The position numbers and the translations under genes are program-made. Under the pieces are notes generated by a model that did not search any database, was not told the origin of the DNA, and worked only from the letters and a program-made list of their open reading frames with translations. DNA of 51,013 nt, counting the filler, from Catajapyx aquilonaris (Eukaryota), in assembly GCA_000934665.2 (NCBI GenBank). It is 2 parts of 2 records of this genome, joined end to end, with 100 filler letters (N's around TTAATTAATTAA, not from the genome) between each part and the next. Parts side by side here need not be neighbours in the genome. Positions count along the whole stretch, not along the records: positions 1 to 25,434 come from JYFJ02005364.1; 1 more part is not named here. One strand, 5' to 3'. How positions within the stretch are numbered: position 1 is the stretch's first letter; each line of letters begins with the position of its first letter. Below, one piece after another: positions 13,695-25,534 of this stretch.

Positions 13695-13853
13695 GGCCGG
13701 GTTGCACCGGCTCCAGGAAAATTTGTCTGGCCGAAGAAGAGCCTGGTTAGTTTGTTATTCATTGTTGTCAACAATTCTGTCAACAATGAATAAAAAACTA
13801 ACCTGGCTCTTCTTCGGCCAGACAAATTTTCCTGGAGCCGGTGCAACCCGGCC
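13695..13853. mobile_element. PIF/Harbinger (Tourist-like) hairpin MITE, TCA TSD
   Basis: 159-bp near-perfect palindrome GGCCGGGTTGCACC...GGTGCAACCCGGCC flanked by TCA/TCA. The paralogous empty site (~8536) has a single TCA. Confidence 0.85.
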
Positions 13854-15191
13854 TCACAGTATTAAAATAGAGAAATAATTCTTTCAAACGATAAGGAAAA
13901 AAAAATTGCACCTTTGAGTATGATGGTAGTACCAACTGCTTCAATAAATAGCAATTACCTGTATACCAAGTCACCTTACTGGTTTCACCCAATAATAATC
14001 TAACGATCCACTTATAATTATCGCTTACTTACTCGAAGCCGGGAATAGCTGTGCGACAGTGACACCGGACACTTGTAGAGGGCCAGGAAAAATGGTCACC
14101 TTTATATATACCGAGCATGAACATAGACAATCGCTCAAAGTTCAAATGAACACGGAAGTTATAGCCAATTGAATACTGTGAACAGGCCGATAACACCAGT
14201 TTTTGTTAAGTAACCGAAATGTTACAATTGCAACTCAAATCTTTACAGGCCGAATCTGTTTGCACGTGACGCACAAACGACTGTAAAAAAAATAACAATG
14301 AGTATCATTAAAGCAAGTTGGAGGCAGGTAGATCGGGTATATAGTCACCTATCTAAAACGACAAACGAATAAGTACAGGAAGTACCGTGTTACGCCGCTT
14401 CATTTTGAGTAGTTTCACATTAACGCCGTGCCGGTTGATTAATTACAATTGATTTTTTTTTTAATCGAAAAATTTGAAGACACAATCTAGACATGAACAC
14501 ATGACTACAACATTTCTGAGTCCAAACACACGGCCGTAAAGGCCAATTTGTTGTTTTTCGTGGTGCCTCGTGGCAAGGTCTGTCGATATATTATACAGTA
14601 CCGTATTGTTGGTCTCGGCTAGTCTCGGCACTCCCCGAAGTACTGTACTCTAACCATTGTTAAGTGCCCTATACGTGTACTGCAGTTCTTGCCATAGAAG
14701 GGAAAGGAGCCCTCAGAAATATGATAATCCACAACCTGCTGGAACCTTCCGTTAAATGTGTGTAATAAATGTTTCAAAGATTCAACATTAAAAACAGCAA
14801 TATTAGTACTTTCTGTGGGAAATTATCGAAAATCTTTGAAGTAATCTCATTGCATTATAATTATGTCTCGTTTTACGCCGATTCACTTTACGCCTCTCTG
14901 TTGCTGAAACCAAGAGCTGAAACTCATTAACGGAGTAAAACAGGTAGGTCTACGCCAAAGTTGTGGGAGTACTGTTGAGACTTTTCTTACATCCTAAGGT
15001 AAGTAAATTGTGAAGCTTACAGATTTGTGTATGTGTTAGGCTCAAACCCCGCAAACGGCCATCGGCCGGGAAAAACCACCATATACTCATAAATTATACG
15101 ATCGTGTGCGCGGAAAGTTTTAACTCATTTCCAGACTACTATACGAACAGCACAGTCATAACGACTATAGTACAGTACTATACAATGCCAC

Positions 15192-15423
15192 CGAAGCAGG
15201 TTGGCATAGTGGATAGGGTGTCCGCCTTCTAATCTGGAGGTCCTGGGTTCGAATCCCGGGGCCGGCAACCCTGACTGTGGTTTTCTGTGGTTTTCCACGG
15301 TCTTTCTAGGATAATTCCGGGTCGCTTCCGTGTAATAGGCCACAGCCGCTTCCTTCCTTCCCTATCCTTGGAGGTTGAAAGGCAATGCTGGGCCAACCTC
15401 CTTAATATCAATTATAAAAGTAC
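15192..15423 (+). mobile_element. tRNA-derived SINE
   Basis: A box TGGCATAGTGG and B box GGTTCGAATCC, followed by a non-tRNA body (CTGACTGTGGTTTTCTGTGGTTTTCC...GGCCACAGCCGCTTCCTTCC). Flanking direct repeat TACAATGCCAC (15181-15191, 15424-15434). Confidence 0.8.
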
Positions 15424-16352
15424 TACAATGCCACGAATTTCCGTCGAAATGGTAAAAGTGGTATCAGTCGGTGTGGAATGCCCTATATTCGTACTTGCAA
15501 TATGTGCAGTACAGGAGGTGACCATGTTGTGTTTATTTAGGTTAATTCATACAGTATATCACAATATATTATGGTGCAGTGGACCCCCATCAAAAGACTG
15601 CCATATAACGTGCAGATTGGAAAATCACGTGAGCGTGATTCGAGTATACTTTTTTCATTGTCAAGGAAATTCAAATTGGACAACAATGACAAGGAATGTT
15701 GTCAGTCTCATTTCCGGTTTCCAGAAAACCCAAGATCATCCTCCTCTAGACTTGACCTTGGCGGATGGAGTGAACTCGGCCGGTCACAGAAACTTGATCA
15801 TGAAACCTATTTAGGGTCCTCTGAATCCGAATCCAAAATCCGTTTGTCGCTATCTCCTGCGGTTTAGGACCTGATACCTGCCAAGACGGACAGACAGAGC
15901 CGTTCGATAATACTTTTTTTGACGAGAAAAAGTCTAAAAGGGCTACCGATACTACTGTATTTTCCACTGTCATTAGTATGGAACCCAATACAAAGCTTAA
16001 GCAGAATATGTTATGTTATTCCTAATATGATACTACGATACGATACACCTATTCATTTCCCGACGATATGATGAGCCTGAAACACGGCATTGTTGTGTGG
16101 CCTGTCAACAATGTGTGTGTTGATGGTGCCGCGTCACCAGGGAAACACCAGACCTCGAGGCACAACAAGCGGACCAGCAAGCGGACAAAATGGAATCTCT
16201 CAGGGACAACAACCCCCCTTGGCTGCTACTGTCTGCCAAGTTAATTTAATAGGGCTGGTTGGTGTTGAATGGTTGATAGGCCCGAACCGAACCTTGCTGG
16301 AACGATATTTGTGCCAAATTCGGAGCCGGAATCAGACGAACCCGTAGTAACG

Positions 16353-18353
16353 ATGTCATCAGACGGCTCATCCTTGGACAGTCAGGGAAAGAAGAAGTGC
16401 ACGGCTCCATGCAGCAGGCCTTCAATTCCTCTTGGAGGACCCGATTCGGTAAGTCATGAAACGTACTCAGCTCATCAGCTTCGGCATAGCTAATGATAAT
16501 TATTTTCTTCAGACCCCAACCCGTACAAACATTCCGCCAACACTCGGCGGTTTATTGAAGACCGGCAAAAGTACCAGAGGTTCTCTCACGCAGGCTGGTC
16601 CGAAGATCCCGACCTCTCTTATGGACCAGAACAGTGCCTTCGACATCGACGCCCCGATACGCCCCTACAGACTCTCAGGAATCGTCTGCACTATCGGTGA
16701 GTCATTTGTACCACAACCGCCTGTACCACTATTTATAATCTGGATGACTCTAAATAGGTCCCGCCAGCTGTGCCCCGGAGATGCTGGTGAAGTTGATGAT
16801 GGCTGGGATGAACGTGGCACGCATGAACTTCAGCCACGGATCTTACGAGTACCACGGAGAGACAGTGGCAAGCGTGCGGAAAGCCTGCGACATGTACAGC
16901 GCCCAACTGGGATGGCGCTACCCATGCGCCATTGCACTGGACACCAAAGGACCAGAGATCAGAACCGGGGTGCTGGAGGCGGTATGTCCATTTTAGAGAA
17001 GGTCCAGGACCACTCAGGTCTCATTTCCATCCTTCATTCCAGGGCACGAACGCGGAGATGGAGTTGGCGAAGGGTGAGAACATCAGGCTGAGCACGGACA
17101 AGGACCACATGGAGAAGTGCACGAAGGAACTGCTGTACGTCGACTACGATAACATTGTCAGCGTACTGAAGCCGGGGAACAGGGTGTACATCGACGACGG
17201 ACTCATCTCCTTGATGGTCACCGGCGTGGGTTAGTCGCAACAACCACTAGTTCTTTCTTATACTCAAGTGTACTGTACATCGCAAGCAGTTATCCTGACT
17301 ATTCAGAGCCTACCATCATGTCTGATGTGTTCGCCGGGATGCCGCAAGTTCAGGATAACTGTTCTTGCCTTAAATAGCGTAAAATCGGATAAGTTAAATA
17401 CGGTACGTATAAATCTCAGGAAGCAATTACGTCGACTGCAAGATTGAGAACGGCGGGTTGTTGGGCAGCAAGAAGGGTTGCAACCTGCCGGGTGTGCCCG
17501 TGGATTTACCGCCGGTTTCCGAGAAGGACAAGTCTGACCTCAGGTTTGGAGTGGAGCAAGGGGTGGACATGGTCTTCGCCAGTTTCATCCGGAATGCAGC
17601 CGGAGTGCACGCCATACGGGATATTCTCGGTGGGTACACCTACATTATCGAAGTAAATGTAGTTTAATTATGACTGGAATGCCTTCAGGTAAGGATGGAG
17701 GCAACATCATGATCATATCGAAAATCGAGAACCACCAAGGTGTTGCAAACTTGGACTCGATTATCGAGGCATCTGATGGCATCATGGTGGCCCGTGGAGA
17801 CCTCGGCATAGAGATACCACCGCAGAAAGTCTTCCTGGCTCAGAAGTCCATGATTGCAAAATGCAACAAGGTACTGGCATACATACACCAAAAAGAAATA
17901 CAATGATTATGACCTGAGAACCTTATGAGTGAAATTGAGGCTGAATAATCAGAATAAGTTAAGGTCTGAACATTTGGACAAACTTTCAGAGAGGGAGGCC
18001 AATTATTTGCGCCACTCAGATGCTGGAATCAATGGTGAAGAAGCCACGCCCTACCCGTGCTGAAGCTTCAGATGTGGCCAATGCCATCTTGGATGGTGCA
18101 GACTGCGTCATGCTCAGTGGGGAGACGGCCAAAGGAGACTACCCTTTAGAGTGTGTGACGTGCATGTCAGACATTTGCATGGAGGCAGAGGCAGTGGCCT
18201 GGAATAAGAAATATTTCCAGGATCTTGTGGCCAAAGTAAGTAGTACACTTTGTCTCGTGGGCATGCAAACATCAACATCCAGGTCCATACAGGTTGGTCC
18301 GTGTCATTTCTCATCCCTGCAATTTAGTCTTGTTTTGGGCCAAGACACACCCT

Positions 18354-18395
<42 letters not shown>

Positions 18396-18969
18396 TAAAC
18401 ACTAGTGTTGCTGGTTGCATAATGCCCACATATGCTGGCCAAAACATTTTTTGATAATGTGGCTCACTTGCAATTTCTAGAATATCAGCCCAGTCGACAT
18501 ACCCCATGCTATCGCTATTGCCGCTGTGGAAGCTTCCCTGTCAAACCAAGCAGCTGCCATAATAAATTTAACCAGTACAGGAAAGACTGCCCATATATTA
18601 TCCCGCTACCGGCCATCCTGCCCAATCATCTCCGTCACCAGGGACATGCATGTTGCACGAAAATTGAACTTGTGGCGAGGGGTCAAGCCCTGCTTCTGCC
18701 AAAGTAAGGCTGCTTGACAAAAGTAGTTGCATTACAATCTTACATTTTGCTTCTGATACGGTACTAATTCATATTTTGCATTGCTTGAATACCTTGCAGC
18801 TGAAGTTGGCAGTGACTGGATGAAGGATGTTGACAATAGGATTCAGCTTGGAATTGAATTTAGTCGTAAGTTAGGATTTGTACATCCAGGCAACCATGTA
18901 GTTGCTGTCACCGGCTCAAAGCCTGGGCCTGGCCACACCAACACAGTTCGACTGGTACATATTGACTGA
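16353..18969 (+). CDS. PK: Pyruvate kinase (multi-exon; start codon uncertain, 16353 or 16269)
   Basis: Motifs [98 protein letters not shown] and C-terminal GHTNTVR, joined by GT-AG introns; AATAAA at ~18998. Confidence 0.95.
18356..18392. repeat. (TA)n microsatellite in a PK intron
   Basis: Uninterrupted TA run. Confidence 0.95.
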
Positions 18970-19063
18970 AACCTACTTGGCTGCATCACTCTTGTTTAAT
19001 AAAGTTGGGAGTCTTATGCTTGAGAAGTGCAATGATCACACTAATTTATAGTAGAGACATTAA

Positions 19064-19750
19064 CCCCTTCGGTACCAGAGATTCGCTTCTGTTCAACTTG
19101 CACGTACTCTGAAGATACGGACAAGATATTTTACAGATAATAACAGCTATACTTACACGTTCATGCTGTACACTATGAATATGTTTGGAACCATTTTCCA
19201 CTTATAGAATTTGCAAAATTAATTTTCAAAAAGATATCCGTAACAACTCGAAATTAAATTACTACCGCCCAACTGTTAGGCTGATTTTATTATGAAATAC
19301 GTTAAAATATACGGAACAACAACCTTGAGAATCGTGCTATGACGAATCTGCTGAAATCGTCATACATTGTGAGAATTAAATTAAGGCTTCCTGTAACTTA
19401 CCTCTCACTTTGGAAAACTCCTAAATTGATTTAATTCTCTCAAGTACGACAGTTTCAGCAGATTCGTCATACCATGATTCTCAAGGTTGTTATATATTTT
19501 AACGTATTTCATAATTAAATCAGTCTAACAGTTGCCCGGCAGTAATTTCATTTCGAGTTTTTACCGCGATTTTTGGTAATTAATTTTGCAACTTCTAGAA
19601 GTGGAAAATTTGTCCAAGCATATTCATAGTGTCCAGCATGGTCGTGTAAGTATAGCTGTTATTATTTGTAAAATATCTTGTCCGTATCTTCAGAGGACGT
19701 GCAAGATGAACAAAAGTGAATCTCATTGCCTAGATCTGGTACCGAAGGGG
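19064..19750. mobile_element. piggyBac-type foldback MITE, TTAA TSD
   Basis: TTAA|CCCCTTCGGTACCAGA...TCTGGTACCGAAGGGG|TTAA. The arms are reverse complements over ~330 bp, and it shares GTACTCWGAAGATACGGACAA with the element at 7944. Confidence 0.85.
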
Positions 19751-19879
19751 TTAATGATTCAAACTATTGTTTCCTGAAACTAGAATAATTTGATCCACTC
19801 AAAAGGGAAAGACTGGAAAGCCTCCTTGGGCTTTTTAGGGGATCATCTTTTTAATTAACAGACTTTAATCATTGTCTTT

Positions 19880-20037
19880 GCTGTGATGGATTTTGATAGT
19901 GGGAGGAAACGGGAGCACACCGAGAGAACCCATCGAAACTCTATCCACATAAGTATCCTCTGTCTGATCCGGGGATCGAACTCGGGACTTTAGAGGTGGA
20001 AGGTTGCAGCGCTAACCACTCCGCCACTGTGTCGCCC
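19880..20037 (-). mobile_element. tRNA-derived SINE fragment with V/Meta-SINE-like core
   Basis: Minus strand reads GGGCGACACAGTGGCGGAGTGGTTAGCG (A box), GAGTTCGATCCC (B box), then GGGTTCTCTCGGTGTGCTCCCGTTTCCTCCCAC. Confidence 0.7.
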
Positions 20038-20812
20038 TCAGAAATGATGAAGGATAAAATATTACTATCAGGTTCAGATACTCAAATGATCTGAAATATA
20101 TTCCCAAATCCCCTTTGGTGTGCATTTTGGAGGTATCCTTCAGCTGCGCCTTTGATGCATTCACTGCGCTGACTCACCAGTCCCACAAGCTATTTCCTAG
20201 CATTTTCAACAGTGTGTGAGAGGGTCAATAGTAAATCTTTGCAGATGATTTGATACTTTTGCAGAAACAAGTGCTTGTTGGAGGTTAAATGCTCCGTTTT
20301 TACCAGCAGACTGGTTGCATCTTCCATATGTACAAATCACTGAAGAAGGAAGTTTCAAATATGTGAAGTGAAGGAGTTGCAAGCTGTTAAGAAGGTGGGG
20401 GCCTAGCTTGCCCGACAGGCCGAAAAACATTTATGACCAATGATGTATTCTAAAAAATTCACATTGATCGAGTGCTGATTGTACATAATTGCAACATGAA
20501 GACACACTTGCCTGAACATTTTCAAGGCTTGTACTGTAGTAGAAAAAAAAATGCCTCCATCTCTCCACTTTCAACTGCTTCTAATATGAAGTGGACCACA
20601 TTGTATACAAAGAGTGAGATGTAACCCTCTTTTTCTTCTTCTCGATAGCATGTGTACACAACGTTCAAACTGTACTAGCGGGGGTGGCAGATAACATGAG
20701 ACATTCCCATGCAGAGTTCAACTTCTGTATTGTAAAGAGCACATGAAAAACATTTTATTCTCTCAAGAACCCACATGCACAAATGTGCTGGGGAAGCAAG
20801 GCAAATTACAAA

Positions 20813-23800
20813 TTAATTCATGAGAATCTCCAGCTGCACCAGGCGTGAATTTGTGTCACCAGGCATTCGGAATGGAATCATTCCAGCATATACTATCAGA
20901 GCCCTGGCCTGTGATCGAAGGCTCGTCAAATGCTGCAATAAAGAAAAATCCCTCTTTACATCCCTTTTACATTTACTAGTATAAATTATTACAGATGTAA
21001 TTGTTCACTGCCATCTACCCTGAATAAATAATACACAATCCAAGAAACAACATCACTTACCATGTCCTTTCCAGTGCTGTCAGATAATCGACATCCAGTG
21101 ACATCACTCACACCAGACCTGAAGAGTAATTATTGTTCGTAAAACTGGTCACATTTTAACTCAAATTAACTATGACGTAGATATCTCTTTCAGCCACTTC
21201 TGTCAAAAACCATTCCTAAGTCCACAGGCAGATTACGTTTGAAAACAAAGACCATCAGACACACACTCATGCTGTATGTAATGTACTGCCTTCTTTAAGA
21301 AATCTTAAAACTTTTTAAATTGGAAGTTCAACCTTGCAGGAATTTCCACTTGTAACTTCCACTTGTAATACCATCCAAATTCAATATCTCTAGAAAAATT
21401 GCACCCTTACTTGATTCGCTTGTACTTCGTGTGAAGGATGTCCATAGTGGCCAGCAAGAGGTCAGGAAGATTTCGCCGTACTTCATTGCTGAGGTTTCTG
21501 AAAGTTGCTGTCATGGGCTCAACTTCCTCCTGGCTCAAGGGGACTAGAGAAAGACCCTTCAAAAGCTGTAGTAAACAAAAAATTACAAAACTGATTAATA
21601 GGATGAAAATTTCACAATGAAAGACGACCCCAACTAGCTTCAAAATATGTAACCCCAACCCAGACGATGTTAGAAGTGGAAATTTAAAAACGATTACAAC
21701 TGTCTTGAACAATCTAATAAAAACAGGAAAAAAGCACAGAACTACGATAAACATAGATACTTTTCTGCTTGCTATATAGGAAAACCAATACAGATAAACT
21801 ATGCTGATTGCTAGCCTGCCTCCATCTTGGCTCCACTTGGATACCATTAGGGGATAAAAGGAGGGTTAAGGTAAACCCAAATGAAAGTTGCCCTTTGCAA
21901 TATGAATTCCGATGACGATTGGTTCCACACTTTTTTCAAATGCCCTATGTATACTGGGGGGGCGAATTTTTTTTTTTTACGTGACTTATCGATTCCTCCC
22001 AGGTTGGGTTTATTGTCAGTCCTACATCAACCAACAGATAACCAATTGAACCAGATGTTCTTTTTTCTCATTAAGTGCACTACCCGGATTATTATTATTA
22101 TTATCATCATCATCATCATTATCATGCCTTGCTTCGATGCCCCTATTGATCCCTTCATTCCACTTGGCACAAAAGAACAACTTCTTGAGTGTATGTGTAT
22201 TGTTCGCATCCTGTCCTATATCCAGTCCATGGATACCTACATGACGTAGCGAGAAAATCGGCTTGTTTGTACTTACCCTCAATGCATCCTCATGTTTCTG
22301 TGAGTGATAATCATCAAAGAAAGTGACAAGATCTAGCAGGAGGTGGAAAGTAGCAAGATCTTCTTGTGGAGCAGTGCATCCCTGCCTCTGATATCTCCGG
22401 GCTATTTGCAGTGCTTGACGGTGGTATCGATCCCTGGCAGACTCATGAAGGGGAGGATCTGGCACAGCCTGGCTCAGAAGCTGGTTTAGGAGTGACACCA
22501 CTTTCCCATGGTTCTAATCAGAAGAAAAATAGGTTGGAGTTACTGACAAAGATCAACTCAGAATTCAGGTATTACTTACCTTGCAGAGGTCATACAACTT
22601 GATGGCATCTTCGTGCATCCCTTTGTTCTCTGAGTCACGAGCAACAGTTTCAATCACAGTGCTTATGTCAACCTGAAATGTAACATTAATAGGTACTGTC
22701 AATGCCTATGGAGGAGACCTATGAGAGTTTGTTAAATCACATCTAGAATGAAACTTGTAATGCATAACAAAAAACTCATGATGTCAGAAGCCCTCTTCTC
22801 CCATCCTTCCTTCAACCACAATTCTTTTTCTAGGTGTCTGCCTGACCCCCTACCCCAGTTCTCATAAATGAGGCCCTGTGTGAATAAACCTATTATTTAT
22901 TCAATTAAGAATGACACTGATGCTGCAATGGGCAACAATGACTTTCAATGATTTCAACAACAAAATTTTCCATAAGTTTTGCACTGTCAATACTAATTTC
23001 TGGTTGAATCAATAATAGCAGGATATTTAATCCCATATTTATAAGTTACCCAACCAATATGTTAAGTCATGAACTGTAACTGATTTGAATTGCTTTCCAC
23101 AGTCTGTCAGTGATTTACCTGAACTCCATGGAACTTGTCTATAAGGCCAACAGAGCGGCAGCCATCATCCTCCATTCGGCCAAGCAGGAGGTCAAACTCT
23201 CTTGATTCCCTTACCAACTCACTCACACATGCACTGAATAAATTATCCCCTTTTGAACTCTTCACTGACCTGAAAGAAAATTTCACCTTACCAATCTTGT
23301 CAGCAGAATTACGAAATACCCACAAAATCTACTGTGCAGTAAAAATTATGCATAATGCTGAAAAAATAACTGACTCATTCAATCTTGCATCAAATTCACA
23401 AGTAATATGACACACTTTCTTTTTCCTGGCACTGCACTTGCTCATTCACATCAATTTGGAGGTCATATAATGTATACACAAGTATTGTACACACTTTCTC
23501 CTACAGTGCTGGACAAATTCGCCGTCGCTGAATGTTTTTTTTCCGTTGGTGATGGCGCTGCGTTACCTGGCAACCCTGTCCGGCGGCCCAATTCAAACAT
23601 CAGCCCATGGAGAGCACTTCCATTGTTGCCACTGTTTACAAATCGAGTGAGTGACGCGGACGACCCAGCGACGGGTCTCTTCTGCCTGCGCACTCACTCC
23701 CTCGATTTGTAAACAGTGGCAACAATGGAAGCGCTCTCCATGGGCTGATGTTTGAAGAGGAGAGGGTTGCCAGGTAACGCCGCCTCTGCCGCCGCCGCCG

Positions 23801-24918
23801 GAAAAAAACATTCAGTGACGGCTAATATGTCCAGCACTGTACTAACCTTAAGAAGTAAAAGTAGTTCAAGGCCTCTTGTGGATCTGATACCTCAAACTTG
23901 CGAGTGTAAAGCATAACCAAGCGAGAAAGGTTCAGTCTCCTTGTTGACGGCGGGTCTGTTGCCGATCTGGACACTGGGAAGAGAGGCAATTTGCATGTAT
24001 TACAAGAGGTTCAGAAAGGCATGTTTTTAGCACTCACACAACGGGGCTTCCATATTGACAGGCAGAGCCAGAAGATTTCGCTCATGCAGGGCCAGTGCAA
24101 CATGTACTGCATGACACTGCAACACCTCCAGTTCTGCCAGGAAGGCACAGGCAGCCTCAAACTGGCTGGTCAGGAACAAAACTTGGAAGTACAGATATGG
24201 TTGCTGGTGGGCATTGAAATATGCTTCACCTAGTATGGAAGATAATGGCAGACTGATTAGATGAGAGGTTTGTTAAGCAGCTGGATACATAATTCCATTG
24301 TAAGTTTACCATTTCAAGACAGATAATTACCGTCAAGTAGAAATGGTAGGCAGAGGATTTCAATAGGAGATATCATCTATATAACAACACTTTGTCAAGG
24401 TCTGGTTAATGCAAATTACGCGGCAGGCAAAGCTACTACCTTTCATTACATAGCATTGAATTATAGCACCATAAAGTTCTAGATGTGATAAGTACAGCAA
24501 TGTTTCCACTCTTTATTATACACACCATATTCTTCAAGAAGCAACTTCTGGAATTGTGCATAGGTGAACCGGTCAGGGACATGAGCAGCAATTCCCCCTT
24601 CCTCTTCCTCTCCTTCTTCCCTCAGCTGGCTCAATTTAACCCACAGATAATCATCAGTTGTAGTAGCCACATCTGAATGCTCTTCATTCACATCACAACA
24701 GCCCAGTATGCAGTGCACAATCCTACAAGAAAAGTGCAAATATGACATGACAGTATAACAAGTAATTCTCTGTAACTCACTTTTTGAAAGGATCAGTTGA
24801 ATTTCTAATGCTGCGCCTGTACTCCAGCCGAACCTTGTTCTCAGATGAATGGGAAAGACGATGGTCAACGCTATGGTAATACTCCTCCAGCATTGGGGTA
24901 AATTCATCCAACTGAGAA
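20813..24918 (-). CDS. NUP93: Nuclear pore complex protein Nup93, 3' part (about 10 exons); 5' exons not present in window
   Basis: Exon translations [28 protein letters not shown]...[61 protein letters not shown] and terminal [35 protein letters not shown] match Nup93. Confidence 0.93.
22088..22122. repeat. Compound (ATT)n(ATC)n microsatellite in a Nup93 intron
   Basis: Visible trinucleotide runs. Confidence 0.9.
23504..23839. mobile_element. Tc1/mariner-type foldback MITE, TA TSD, in a Nup93 intron
   Basis: TA|CAGTGCTGGACA...TGTCCAGCACTG|TA, with arms complementary over most of the length. Confidence 0.85.
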
Positions 24919-25338
24919 CTGCAAGCAATAGCTGGGTTACTAATGCAGAATTGATTACTTTCTGTATCTTTTTAACTTTATTACCTGAACCAACATGGAT
25001 TATCTGTAAAATGCACTCTCAATGAATGAAAAACAGTCCATTTATGGGAAAAGGAATGTCAAGTTACATTACACTGACCAACATTATTAGTCTCACAAAC
25101 ATTTCTGACTGACTTTGGGCACAAAGGTACACTTTGCTGAAATGCAGCCAGTTAGAACACGGCTTGATTTATGACTGATTAAATTCCATTTTTCCAAATT
25201 TGTGAAAAATGTTGCATACATGATGAAAAATTTGCTCACTAATGCAGCATAATTTTTTGGGAAGCTAATTCTGTCTTGATCATTACTTTTCAAACTGCAA
25301 CACATTATTTTTATTTTATTTTATTTATTTATTTTACA

Positions 25339-25432
25339 CTAGCAGGATACCCGGCGTTGCTCGGGTTATGAAATACTTTTCCATAGGAGTGACCCATTGA
25401 TTTGGTAGTAATCTTTGCAATAATTATGGCTA
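25339..25432 (-). mobile_element. Helitron-like 3' terminus running into the gap
   Basis: CTAGCAGGATACCCGGCGTTGCTCGGG (CTAG end plus hairpin), same family as 11648; preceded by (TTTTA)n. Confidence 0.55.
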
Positions 25433-25534
25433 TANNNNNNNNNNNNNNNNNNNNNNNNNNNNNNNNNNNNNNNNNNNNTTAATTAATTAANNNNNNNNNN
25501 NNNNNNNNNNNNNNNNNNNNNNNNNNNNNNNNNN
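25433..25534. other. Assembly gap with central TTAATTAATTAA linker
   Basis: N runs flank a 12-mer that places stop codons in all six frames. Confidence 0.9.

Larger units (their letters stand above)
11905..14335. repeat. Second copy of a ~2.4 kb segmental duplication (first copy ~6597-9025) containing the secreted-protein gene and its upstream region
   Basis: Co-linear similarity between 6597-9025 and 11905-14335, e.g. AACGTTACAATCGCGTA, GCTGTGCGACAGTGACACCGGACA and TATCATTAAAGCAAGTTGGAGGCAG, interrupted by copy-specific MITEs. Confidence 0.85.

Noticed and set aside
15195..15270. tRNA gene
   Set aside because: A and B boxes are present, but there is no convincing acceptor stem and the sequence continues into a SINE body with a TSD. 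The same applies to ~19965-20037.
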